From: a virus
Lineage: Duplodnaviria > Caudoviricetes
Strand: one strand, 5' to 3'
IMG/VR virus record: IMGVR_UViG_3300033067_001077
Coordinates: 1-35,735 of that record
Length of the DNA: 35,735 nucleotides
Position 1 is the stretch's first letter; each line of letters starts with the position of its first letter. The notes below the pieces were generated by a model. The model was not told where the DNA came from. It searched no databases and saw nothing but the letters and a program-made list of their open reading frames with translations. This document shows, in pieces, positions 8,142 through 16,960 of this stretch. Position numbers and translations under genes: made by a program.

Positions 8142-9979
8142 TCCTAAGTTGCGATACAGAAACTACGGGGCTTGACTTCTTTCATGGGTGTCGTCCTTTC
8201 CTAATCACAATGTGTGACGGGGAGGACAACTACTATTTTGAAGGGGATGTTAATCCCTACACCAGAGAAGTATTCTGGGAAGATGATGTTATAGCTGAAG
8301 TACAAGAACTACTAGACAGGTGCTCTATTCTTGTATTTCATAATACACAGTTCGACATCAGAGCATTATCCTTCATAGGTATCAAAATTGATCACTTATG
8401 GGACAAGATAGAAGATACCTTACTAGCTTCCCATGCCTTATGTTCAGGGGATACTCACGGATTGAAAGACCTGAGTATTAAATATCTCAACTATTGGGAT
8501 GATGATGAGAAAGATTTAGAACAAGCTATTAAAAGTATCCGTGTTAAAGCAGCAGCTAAAGGATGGGCAATAGCCAAGAAAGGACACCAACACTTTCCGG
8601 CCATGAAAGGGGCAGTCAGCTGGTGGAAACAAGATATGTGGCTAGCTCCTGAAGAATGTCTAAAGTACGCTCTACAGGATGCTGAACGTACATGGTTGTT
8701 ATGGGATGCTTTCAAAGTAGGATTGACTAATGAAGGATTATGGGCACCTTATAAATTACGGAAGAAACTATTAAAAATATGTTTTGATATGACTACGGCA
8801 GGTATGAGATTAAACCTTAAAGCCACTCAACAACATATTGACAACCTAGAACATAAGATGTTACTTATCCGTAAGTACATCGAGAAAGAGTTAAACATCC
8901 GTCATAAATTTAATTGGAACAAACGAGATCACCTGGTTAGTTTGCTACACAATCATTTACGTATACCACAATTATATACAACCCCCAAAGGTGGGCCGGC
9001 AACCGATAAGAAAGCTCTAGCTGAGTATGCTATTCATTACAAAGGGAAACTATTAAATGCTCTAATGAAGGGAAGAAAGCTAGAAACTGAGCTAAGATAT
9101 GTCTCATCTTACAAACTATGGGCTGACGACAATGGTTATATCCATTCTAATACTAACGTTACCGGTACTAGAGAAACTAGACAATCATCAACCAACCCTA
9201 ACCAACAGAACATCACGGGCAAGCTGAAAGAACTATTCCAACCACCCCCAGGAAGTGTGTGGGTAGATATTGACTTCGTGAATATTGAGTTACGTTTATG
9301 GGCTTTCTCAATTGGTAACCCAGAACTAATTGAAGCATTTTCTAAAGGTATTTCAGTTCATGAAATGATTATGGAAACCCTATATCCACGGGAATATAAA
9401 CTATACAAGACAGCACCTACTGAATACTTGAAGAAATTGTATAGGTCAGTCAAAGCAGGTAACTTTGCCATCATTTACGGAGCAACTCAAAAGAAAGCCG
9501 ATGAAACTTATGGGTATACTGGTGCTACGGCTAAAATCTATGCCCGATTTCCAGGTGTAGCTGAGTTTACGCAATCCTTGATTAAACAATGTGAAGAGAA
9601 CCGGGTTTATCTACAACGTCATGCTATACAGACTCTAGGGGGTTATTTGTTAGATGTTCCTGTCGATGAACCATTCAAAGCCTGTAATTACTACATCCAA
9701 GGTAGTGCTGGTATCATCACTACTAGAGCGATGATTGCAGTTACAAACAATGAAAGATTTATAGATTCAGGATCATGTTTAGTAGCTCAAGTACATGACT
9801 CTTTGAAACCACAAATACCGATTCATAAAGGATTATCTAAGACAATCAATTCAATTCTATACTCAATGGAAACTTGTGCTACAGACATATTTGGACCAAC
9901 ACCAGTAAGTTATGAATTGATAACTCATCCAGACGACAGAAACAATCCCTACATACTTGAAATGGAGATACCTTTCTAA
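8138..9979 (+). CDS. polA: family A DNA polymerase with 3'-5' exonuclease, no 5'-3' exonuclease
   Basis: ExoI CDTETTG, ExoII FHNTQFD, ExoIII YALQD; TRQSSTNPNQQNI; motif A DIDFVNIELR; motif B RSVKAGNFAIIYG (Phe at the E. coli 762-equivalent site); NYYIQGSA; motif C QVHDSL. Confidence 0.95.
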   Translation: MILSCDTETTGLDFFHGCRPFLITMCDGEDNYYFEGDVNPYTREVFWEDDVIAEVQELLDRCSILVFHNTQFDIRALSFIGIKIDHLWDKIEDTLLASHALCSGDTHGLKDLSIKYLNYWDDDEKDLEQAIKSIRVKAAAKGWAIAKKGHQHFPAMKGAVSWWKQDMWLAPEECLKYALQDAERTWLLWDAFKVGLTNEGLWAPYKLRKKLLKICFDMTTAGMRLNLKATQQHIDNLEHKMLLIRKYIEKELNIRHKFNWNKRDHLVSLLHNHLRIPQLYTTPKGGPATDKKALAEYAIHYKGKLLNALMKGRKLETELRYVSSYKLWADDNGYIHSNTNVTGTRETRQSSTNPNQQNITGKLKELFQPPPGSVWVDIDFVNIELRLWAFSIGNPELIEAFSKGISVHEMIMETLYPREYKLYKTAPTEYLKKLYRSVKAGNFAIIYGATQKKADETYGYTGATAKIYARFPGVAEFTQSLIKQCEENRVYLQRHAIQTLGGYLLDVPVDEPFKACNYYIQGSAGIITTRAMIAVTNNERFIDSGSCLVAQVHDSLKPQIPIHKGLSKTINSILYSMETCATDIFGPTPVSYELITHPDDRNNPYILEMEIPF

Positions 9980-10182
9980 TGTATTACTTACTAAAACTTG
10001 ATGGTCAAGTATTGAAAATCGAATGCAAATTCAGTTCGATACCTAACAAAGTGATGGCTTTGTTAAAAATAGGAAAAGAAAATGACATTGCATTGGCTAA
10101 AGCTTTAAGCAAATGTGAACATTTAAGCGAAGATAACTTATCTTTCGTCCAACACAATTACTATCTATTGAAAACAGAATAA
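9979..10182 (+). CDS. hypothetical protein
   Basis: TAATG coupling to the polymerase. Confidence 0.6.
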   Translation: MYYLLKLDGQVLKIECKFSSIPNKVMALLKIGKENDIALAKALSKCEHLSEDNLSFVQHNYYLLKTE

Positions 10183-10262
10183 TGGATCAACTGTTCATAG
10201 TGGTAATAGCTTTTGCTTCAGGGTTTATAGTCAGAGGTTTATTAGAAGGACAAAGAGGATGA
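10182..10262 (+). CDS. 26-aa single-TM microprotein
   Basis: MDQLFIVVIAFASGFIVRGLLEGQRG; TAATG and ATGA overlaps at its two ends. Confidence 0.55.
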   Translation: MDQLFIVVIAFASGFIVRGLLEGQRG

Positions 10263-10477
10263 AAGCCGATGAAATACCCTACGTTTTGATAGTGTGGGAA
10301 AACGGAGAAACCTCACAAGTACCATGGAACGACATTACCGATATCAGGTATGACGGAGTAAAAGCAATCTACAAATACTGCCCCATACAAATAAGCTCCA
10401 TTATATCAAATAACACTCGACTTGCATTTACGGTATTAGCTATGCACCATCAAATTAACACCATAGAGGAAGAATAA
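10259..10477 (+). CDS. hypothetical protein
   Basis: Coupled start; abuts the primase start. Confidence 0.6.
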   Translation: MKADEIPYVLIVWENGETSQVPWNDITDIRYDGVKAIYKYCPIQISSIISNNTRLAFTVLAMHHQINTIEEE

Positions 10478-12499
10478 TTGACACCTTTCGAATTCCATAC
10501 AAGCATTTCTTATGAAGAACATGGTGACCAATTTATAGGTGCCTGTCCATTCTGTGAGAAGCCCGACAAGTTCTATTTCAATCAAGAGAATTTGTGGGAT
10601 TGTAAAAACGCTAACTGTTTAGATCCTTCAACACGTAAACCTCGATCAGGTAATTTAGTGTCCTTTCTTCGTCAACTATACGACGAATACGATACTATTA
10701 CTAAAGCTGCTCAAATCGTAGCCGATTGGAGAGGTTTACCAGTTGCTCGGGTTAGTCAATTAGGCTTAAAATACAACCCATTAAACGATAGCATCTTAAT
10801 CCCCACATTTAAAAATGGTCGATTAAACAACATCTATAAAGCAGAGAAACGAGGGGACAAGATTCAAGTATTGTGTACACCTTCAATGGAACACACAATC
10901 ATGAATTGGCCAGAAGATACCAATGAAACCATTTGGGTATGTGAAGGCCATTGGGATCGAATAGCTGGTGAAGCCATTGTAGGCAACACTAATAACATCA
11001 CTTGTGTAGGGGTGCCTGGATCAGGAGTATGGAAGAAATCTTGGACAGATATATTAGTTGATAAGCATGTTGTCTTTTGTTATGACAACGATAATGCAGG
11101 TAGAGTAGGCTTCGAAAAGGTGATAGCTAAACACATAGCAACACACCCCCAGAAACCCCTCAGCGTCAGCTATATCGAATGGCCTAATGATCTTCCAGAG
11201 AAATATGATCTAAATGATTGTTATAGGAGTCACCATAGAAAATCAATCGAGTATTTAACACCATTCATCAAACCATTCAAAATGGCTGAAGGATCGGTAA
11301 TTGTTAAACAAACTATTGAAAATGTTCAAGCCAATGTTTCAATAGATACTTTTGATAAGTTTCTTGATGTGTTTCGAGAAACCTATCATACAACTCCTGA
11401 TATGGAATTGTGTTTGCTGTTAGTGCTAACTTCAATCTACTCTATCAATGTAGGAGGAGAACAACTGTGGTTAAGAATAATTGGACCACCAGGGTGTGGA
11501 AAAACAACTGTAGCAAAAGCTGTGTCCGCTTCAGATCAAGTGGTCTTACGATCTACATTTACTGGACTGTTTTCAGGGTTTTACGATGGAAGTAAAGAAG
11601 ATAAAAGCTTGGTTCCGATCATTGCTGGAAAAACTCTCTTTGTTAAGGATGCAGATGCTTTACTACAACAAGCCAACATTGCAAGAATCTTCTCAGAATT
11701 ACGTGACTTCTACGACAAAGACAGTTCAACAGGTTATCGTCACGGGTTCAATCATGATTATAGAAATATCCCCTCAACAATGGTGTTGTGTGGAACTAAC
11801 GTTTTACGACGATCTGACCAAGCCTTTCTTGGAGAGCGATTTCTTGACTTCGAGATGCGGATTTCTCAACGAGACGAAGAACTTATAGCCGATAGAATGC
11901 TACAACGATCTATGGTACTAGCCAACGACCCATCCAACCTCCCCCCAGAAATGCACGTCCAGGCAGCGGCTAAGGGGTTTATTGATCACCATCTATTACC
12001 TAAACCAATGACAGGAGTATTATCCAAGAATCTACAACAATTAATCTTGAGATTAGCTAAACTAACTGCTAAAATGAGAACTAAAGTAGATAGGGATATG
12101 TTCGGTAAAGGTGATGTAACTTTCTCACCAGTAGCTGAATTACCTACTCGTTTGATCGGTCAGTTGTCTAAAGCTATGATGTGTGTTCCAGTTATCCTGG
12201 GTAGGGATGACGAACAAATGTCAAGTAAGTTATTAAGAAAGGTAGTAAGAGACGTAATTGATCCGACCTCTAATCGGTTTAGAATCTGTCAAGATTTAAT
12301 GGAAGGGTGGTATGGTAGAGACGAATTAGTTGAAGCTAGTGGTATGTCAAAATCCATGGTCACTAGAGAACTTGATGACTTACGTATCCTAAGATTAGTC
12401 GATGAGAAGATTGGTCATAGCAATATACCAAAACATAAACGATTAGTCTTCACCTTGCGTGATGATATCAAAGAAGGGTTAATAGCGATCAATGGCTAA
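10478..12499 (+). CDS. primase-helicase: Zn finger + TOPRIM primase + AAA+ ATPase + C-terminal winged helix
   Basis: CPFC...WDCKNANC; WVCEGHWD and FCYDND.AG (TOPRIM); IGPPGCGKTT (Walker A); LFVKDAD (atypical Walker B); GERFL (Arg finger); RDELVEASGMSKSMVTRELDDL (wHTH). Confidence 0.85.
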   Translation: MTPFEFHTSISYEEHGDQFIGACPFCEKPDKFYFNQENLWDCKNANCLDPSTRKPRSGNLVSFLRQLYDEYDTITKAAQIVADWRGLPVARVSQLGLKYNPLNDSILIPTFKNGRLNNIYKAEKRGDKIQVLCTPSMEHTIMNWPEDTNETIWVCEGHWDRIAGEAIVGNTNNITCVGVPGSGVWKKSWTDILVDKHVVFCYDNDNAGRVGFEKVIAKHIATHPQKPLSVSYIEWPNDLPEKYDLNDCYRSHHRKSIEYLTPFIKPFKMAEGSVIVKQTIENVQANVSIDTFDKFLDVFRETYHTTPDMELCLLLVLTSIYSINVGGEQLWLRIIGPPGCGKTTVAKAVSASDQVVLRSTFTGLFSGFYDGSKEDKSLVPIIAGKTLFVKDADALLQQANIARIFSELRDFYDKDSSTGYRHGFNHDYRNIPSTMVLCGTNVLRRSDQAFLGERFLDFEMRISQRDEELIADRMLQRSMVLANDPSNLPPEMHVQAAAKGFIDHHLLPKPMTGVLSKNLQQLILRLAKLTAKMRTKVDRDMFGKGDVTFSPVAELPTRLIGQLSKAMMCVPVILGRDDEQMSSKLLRKVVRDVIDPTSNRFRICQDLMEGWYGRDELVEASGMSKSMVTRELDDLRILRLVDEKIGHSNIPKHKRLVFTLRDDIKEGLIAING

Positions 12500-14678
12500 A
12501 AAGAGAGATGAATACGATGAGTTTTATGATGAATATGATGATATTCCTCAAGAACAAGAATTCGAAGCTGGTAAGAAGTTTAGGCTTGCTCGATATAAGC
12601 AAAAAGAGCAAGCTGCAATGCGTGATGAATTTAATGAGGTCGGGGCTGTAGAACAAGCTACCGGCAAATACTTAGAAAAGAGGACACAATATGAAACTGA
12701 TTATGTATCTGCTCACCAAGAAGTATTTACCCGATCAACTGGAATCAAACCATTTGGTCAGACTCAGATTGACTCTGTAAACAGAACATACCACACACTT
12801 ACTCACGGGGGACGATCAGTAATTGCTGAACCCCGTGGGTTTGGTAAGAGTTCTCGTACTGCTAACAATGCTATCATGGCAATTCTTCAAGGAAAGATTA
12901 AGTATGCTTTGATACTTGGTTCATCAATTCAGAAGGCTGAAGATATTCTTGAAGCCATTAAAACTGAATTGATAGACAACGAAGAACTATACAATCTCTA
13001 CCCAAGAGTCTGTGAATGCTGTAGACACGGCGGCGAATCACCCCAGAGAGCAGCCCGCCAGACGTACATGGGTAAGAAAACTCACTTGAAGTTTGGCAAA
13101 TATATGATCAAGATGCCGGTTCTACCTGATGAACCGTCATCTGGATCAATTATACAAGTTAGATCAAAAGACAATGTTCGTGGTCTAGCTGTCAAGATTA
13201 GATACGGTGAGGAATCTGGTAGAGTATTGCGTCCCGATTTCGCTTTCTTGGATGATATACAAACAGATGAAGAAGCAGAATCACCTACGTCCGTTTGGAA
13301 GATTATACAAACGATTAAGAAGTCCGTACTGTTTGCTGGTTCTCACTCACGTCGGATTTCTGCTGTTATGTGTTGTACTCCCATTTGTCCTGGGGATGTT
13401 TCTAGTCACTTTATTCTAAACGAACCATCATGGGATTATATCGTATCTCCTATGATACGGAAGATGCCCACCCATTTAGACATGTGGTTAAATGACTACG
13501 CTAGGATTCTATTAGATTTCGATAGACACGTAACAGGGGACAGATTAAAAGCTAAACTCAGGGCTAGAAAGTTTGTAGAAGAGAACTATGAGAAGATGCA
13601 CGAAGGTTCAGAGATAGCTTGGGAATGGGCTTATGCTTGGCAAGAAGATCCTCAAACTGAAATAAGCGCATTACAGCACGCTATGAATTTCAAGATTGAA
13701 GAAGGTGATGACGCCTTCGAATCTGAGTGCCAATGCAATGTGGCTCCACGAGTTGATGAAGTAGAAGGTATCAAAGCCACTCTTGATGAAATCATGAGCA
13801 AAGTTCATGAGTTCCCAAGACGTAAATGCCCAGTAGAAACTAAGTTTATCGTCACCCACATCGACGTAAACAAGAATCTATTGACATACACAACTGTAGC
13901 TTCACCTAAAGAATTCCGTCCAATGGTTATAGATAAAGGTGAATGGCCAGAACAACAAGGAGCAACATGGACAAAGAAAGATATTATTTACACCCTTAAA
14001 CGTAAGTATCCTGATATCCCGGAACACCATGAGAGAGTTTATTGGGGATTGCGTTCATTGCTCAATTACATAGGCAATCTCACTTACATTCGTGAAGATA
14101 ACCTAGTAATGCACAATAACCTAATCATGGTCGATATGGGTTATCAAATCGATGAAGTACAAAGAGCTATAAGAGACTGTGACTATCGTAACATTTCTAT
14201 GTGTTATCGTGGTCAAGGTATCCGTGCTAAAGACAAACCCTTTATGGACAGACACTATGAAAAGTTTGCAGAGAAGCATTTCCATTGTGCAACAGTTCCT
14301 ACAACAGATCGTACTCTCACTGTACTGTATTCTGACGTCAACTACTTCAAGACCGCCTTCCATAAAGGAATCAAATCTAGATCAGACATAGGAGGCAGCA
14401 TATCCCTGTACACCCCAGAAAGACAGTCGGAGCACCTGCTATTAGCTAAACACTGTCTAGCTGAGATCCCTCAAGAAGATTATTTTGATAAAGAAGATCG
14501 TCGTGTAATCTTTTGGGAAAATCCTAAAGAAGAGGACAATGAATATTTTGACAACATCGTCGGCTGTTTAGCTGGTCTTTTTAAGTTAGGGTGTGAAATC
14601 CGTGGAAAGAAAAAGAAACAAGGTACCTACTCCATCAAAGACTACATCGACAAACAAAAACAATCACGAGGGGATTGA
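12492..14678 (+). CDS. terL: terminase large subunit
   Basis: IAEPRGFGKS (Walker A), RPDFAFLDDIQTD (Walker B), CCTPI (coupling motif); GpA-like nuclease THIDVN, VDMGYQ, NEYFDNIVG. Confidence 0.85.
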   Translation: MAKKRDEYDEFYDEYDDIPQEQEFEAGKKFRLARYKQKEQAAMRDEFNEVGAVEQATGKYLEKRTQYETDYVSAHQEVFTRSTGIKPFGQTQIDSVNRTYHTLTHGGRSVIAEPRGFGKSSRTANNAIMAILQGKIKYALILGSSIQKAEDILEAIKTELIDNEELYNLYPRVCECCRHGGESPQRAARQTYMGKKTHLKFGKYMIKMPVLPDEPSSGSIIQVRSKDNVRGLAVKIRYGEESGRVLRPDFAFLDDIQTDEEAESPTSVWKIIQTIKKSVLFAGSHSRRISAVMCCTPICPGDVSSHFILNEPSWDYIVSPMIRKMPTHLDMWLNDYARILLDFDRHVTGDRLKAKLRARKFVEENYEKMHEGSEIAWEWAYAWQEDPQTEISALQHAMNFKIEEGDDAFESECQCNVAPRVDEVEGIKATLDEIMSKVHEFPRRKCPVETKFIVTHIDVNKNLLTYTTVASPKEFRPMVIDKGEWPEQQGATWTKKDIIYTLKRKYPDIPEHHERVYWGLRSLLNYIGNLTYIREDNLVMHNNLIMVDMGYQIDEVQRAIRDCDYRNISMCYRGQGIRAKDKPFMDRHYEKFAEKHFHCATVPTTDRTLTVLYSDVNYFKTAFHKGIKSRSDIGGSISLYTPERQSEHLLLAKHCLAEIPQEDYFDKEDRRVIFWENPKEEDNEYFDNIVGCLAGLFKLGCEIRGKKKKQGTYSIKDYIDKQKQSRGD

Positions 14679-14850
14679 GTTTAGTCACTACCTTTTAGGT
14701 AGTCTTTGGTTAAACAAATCAAATGGTAAAAAGTATAGATTAAGACGGTTAACTGATCCAACAACATTACAAGGCACTCTTTATATGTGGTGCCCAGATG
14801 ATAGTGAACGTATCTTCGATTTAACTATTGACAAATGGGTACAAGTATGA
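14593..14850 (+). CDS. hypothetical protein (start uncertain)
   Basis: Fills the gap after terL; the N-terminal part overlaps terL and may be spurious. Confidence 0.4.
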   Translation: MKSVERKRNKVPTPSKTTSTNKNNHEGIEFSHYLLGSLWLNKSNGKKYRLRRLTDPTTLQGTLYMWCPDDSERIFDLTIDKWVQV

Positions 14851-14918
14851 GCGAGTGTGATCACGAAGGAGAAGAAAGAGATTATGATCCACCGACTTTT
14901 GAGGATGACGTGCTATGA
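14847..14918 (+). CDS. 23-aa acidic microprotein
   Basis: MSECDHEGEERDYDPPTFEDDVL; ATGA overlaps at both ends. Confidence 0.4.
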   Translation: MSECDHEGEERDYDPPTFEDDVL

Positions 14919-15097
14919 AATACGATGACGAATCAATCCGCAAGGAATTGAAAGCAATTGACGAAGATGAAACGGTAACTGTTCAATCTAATGAAGCAGA
15001 TTTTATTGAACAAATACTCTACAAATACCCAAACTCAACATTAACAGCTAGACAAGCATCTTGGGCTTTAGACATTATAGAAAAGTACGAAAGATGA
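14915..15097 (+). CDS. hypothetical protein
   Basis: GAGGA SD; coupled. Confidence 0.65.
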   Translation: MKYDDESIRKELKAIDEDETVTVQSNEADFIEQILYKYPNSTLTARQASWALDIIEKYER

Positions 15098-15192
15098 AAA
15101 CACTCGGAATCTTAATGATAGCCATATCGTTATGCCTTATTTGCCCCCCAGTAGGGGTAATATTACTAATCGTATGGTTCTTAGTGGATTGA
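15094..15192 (+). CDS. 32-aa hydrophobic membrane microprotein
   Basis: MKTLGILMIAISLCLICPPVGVILLIVWFLVD; ATGA-coupled and fills the gap exactly. Confidence 0.55.
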   Translation: MKTLGILMIAISLCLICPPVGVILLIVWFLVD

Positions 15193-15195
15193 ATA

Positions 15196-15426
15196 ATGAA
15201 ACCAGCAGTTCGTCATGAATTACAACGAGTAACTGATTACATCTGGAAATTGAGAGAGGCTAAGAATATCTCTCAACGTAGATTAGCTACTAAAGCCAAT
15301 GTAAACTTTACAACAATAGCAAGAGTAGAAATGGCTGATGGACAGTATTCATTACCTACTCTACTCAAAATCTGTAGAGCATTAGACATCACACTATCAC
15401 AACTATTCAAGGAGATAGAACTATGA
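15196..15426 (+). CDS. XRE-family HTH transcriptional regulator
   Basis: LREAKNISQRRLATKANVNFTTIARVE....SLPTLLKICRALDITLSQLF is a classic HTH_3 pattern. Confidence 0.9.
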   Translation: MKPAVRHELQRVTDYIWKLREAKNISQRRLATKANVNFTTIARVEMADGQYSLPTLLKICRALDITLSQLFKEIEL

Positions 15427-15818
15427 AATGTATTGAATGCGGAAGAGAGAACCCCCGAATAAACGATCCTATCTATGTGTGTGCAGCCTGTAGTACCGAA
15501 TCACTTGAAAATGTGAAAAGCAAGCTACTCCCACCCCAGAAAGCCGGGACCGACAAAGTAGGGACTGGATTAGTATTGATACCTTGGTATTCAATATTAG
15601 AACTAGGAAAGATATTTATTGAAGGATTAAGATACGGTAGGGATAATTGGAAGAAAGGTGTAAATGATAAAGAATATCAAGAAGAACGTCTTGAACATGC
15701 CATGCTCCATCTTCTTAAATGGAAAGAAGGTGATCGTTCAGAACAACATTTAGCAAAAGTGATGTGGTTTTGTGCAACCCAGTTGGAATTAGAAAAAATG
15801 GAAGGAGTTCCTAAATAA
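15423..15818 (+). CDS. DUF5664-type (dATP/dGTP diphosphohydrolase-like) protein with N-terminal Zn ribbon
   Basis: LVLIPW...ELGKIFIEG..YGRDNWKKG...HAMLHLLKWKEG...HLAKVMW; CIEC...CAAC at the N-terminus. Confidence 0.72.
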   Translation: MKCIECGRENPRINDPIYVCAACSTESLENVKSKLLPPQKAGTDKVGTGLVLIPWYSILELGKIFIEGLRYGRDNWKKGVNDKEYQEERLEHAMLHLLKWKEGDRSEQHLAKVMWFCATQLELEKMEGVPK

Positions 15819-15824
15819 ACTATC

Positions 15825-15974
15825 ATGAGCAGCTGGTGTTTTATTTGTGGTAGAAAAGTAGATGCTAGTTATCGAAAACACAAAGGTGACAAAGCCCATA
15901 AGAAATGCTTAGAAAACTATCTCAATAAATTGAAAAAAGATAAAGAGAAACAACTGAACAAGGAAACAAGCTAA
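15825..15974 (+). CDS. 49-aa basic zinc-finger microprotein
   Basis: MSSWCFICGRKVDASYRKHKGDKAHKKCLENYL... (CxxC...HxxC). Confidence 0.55.
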   Translation: MSSWCFICGRKVDASYRKHKGDKAHKKCLENYLNKLKKDKEKQLNKETS

Positions 15975-16018
15975 TATCCTCTCAGATACATAACTAGGCG
16001 TATCCTAAAAAATTCCAC

Positions 16019-16047
16019 TTGACTATGCGACCCCGTATGTATATAAT
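16019..16047 (+). promoter_or_regulatory. sigma70-type promoter for the late/lysis region
   Basis: TTGACT (16019-24), 17-nt spacer, TATAAT (16042-47), in the intergenic gap between the early and late modules. Confidence 0.8.
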
Positions 16048-16063
16048 GCCTACGGGGTCTTTT
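16029..16063 (+). terminator. GC-rich hairpin + T-run overlapping the promoter (terminator and/or operator)
   Basis: GACCCCGTA (16029-37) / TACGGGGTC (16051-59) form a perfect 9-bp inverted repeat followed by TTTT. Confidence 0.65.
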
Positions 16064-16117
16064 CGTCGCAACTATCTGTATCCAGGGGGATACAGGTTAT
16101 ACAGTCAAGGGGATAAA

Positions 16118-16951
16118 ATGAGAATTGCTTTAGCTTTGCTTGCAATGGTGCTTTTTACAAATACCGTAGAAGCACAACTACTCCGACGAGTTATCAACAG
16201 GAATCAGGGGTGTCCGAATGGTGTCTGTCCAACCAATCAACCAGTAAGACAAACAGTCCGCAATGTATTTGCTCCCGTAAGCAATATCAGTCGAGGGCAC
16301 TGGAGTTATCCTGGAACGATTAGTGGACACTTACAATCTACTCACGGAGTATCGACTGTCGGTATGTCTCGTGAACAGATGTTGAATTTACACGATGCTC
16401 TACACGAAGGCCGAACAACTACTACTCAAACACGAGTACAAATCAAAGTACCACCTACTCCGACCCCTACTCAAACTCGAACAACTATTAAAGTTAGTAG
16501 TGAAACTACATTTGGACTAACAAGTTCAACTCTCACTGTTCCTGATCACATTCTAGCTCAAGTAGCACCTGACAGTTCTTTTGGACTAGAAACAAGCTCA
16601 ACACCGGAACACGTGCTAGCTCAAGTAGAAACTCTACCAGGACCAACACAAGTTAGAGATGTCTTTAAATCTTCTCTAATCAAAGCAGCTGTAGAAGCCC
16701 GTAAAGCTGGTAAAATTACCGCTCGTGATGCGGTCAAATTACGGGTAGCTATGCTTTCCCCCGCCTTTGTAGAACGAGCACACGAACTAGCCGTCACTCA
16801 AATGGCTTTCAGTGGTGAAGTTTCTGATGCAGTCCCTATGTCAGATGAAGGGATTATCCAAGTAGAGGGGATCAATTGGGAAGGGCTTGCTAAGTTCTTA
16901 GAAGCATTCATTCCTTTACTAATCACCCTTCTCAAAGCATTTGGTCTATAA
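16118..16951 (+). CDS. secreted/membrane-associated protein with His-rich domain and C-terminal amphipathic helix
   Basis: AAGGGG SD before ATG 16118; signal peptide MRIALALLAMVLFTNTVEA-Q; CPNGVCP; HWSYPG..SGHLQSTHG...LHDALH; C-terminal INWEGLAKFLEAFIPLLITLLKAFGL. Confidence 0.75.
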   Translation: MRIALALLAMVLFTNTVEAQLLRRVINRNQGCPNGVCPTNQPVRQTVRNVFAPVSNISRGHWSYPGTISGHLQSTHGVSTVGMSREQMLNLHDALHEGRTTTTQTRVQIKVPPTPTPTQTRTTIKVSSETTFGLTSSTLTVPDHILAQVAPDSSFGLETSSTPEHVLAQVETLPGPTQVRDVFKSSLIKAAVEARKAGKITARDAVKLRVAMLSPAFVERAHELAVTQMAFSGEVSDAVPMSDEGIIQVEGINWEGLAKFLEAFIPLLITLLKAFGL

Positions 16952-16960
16952 GGACTCATC

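Noticed and set aside
15423-15818. 2-aminoadenine (Z) or deazaguanine genome
   Set aside because: No purZ, datZ or dpdA/que genes in the window; this family alone is not sufficient evidence.
16019-16117. N-terminal extension of the 310-aa ORF from TTG 16019
   Set aside because: That TTG is the promoter -35 box. The SD and signal peptide support ATG 16118.
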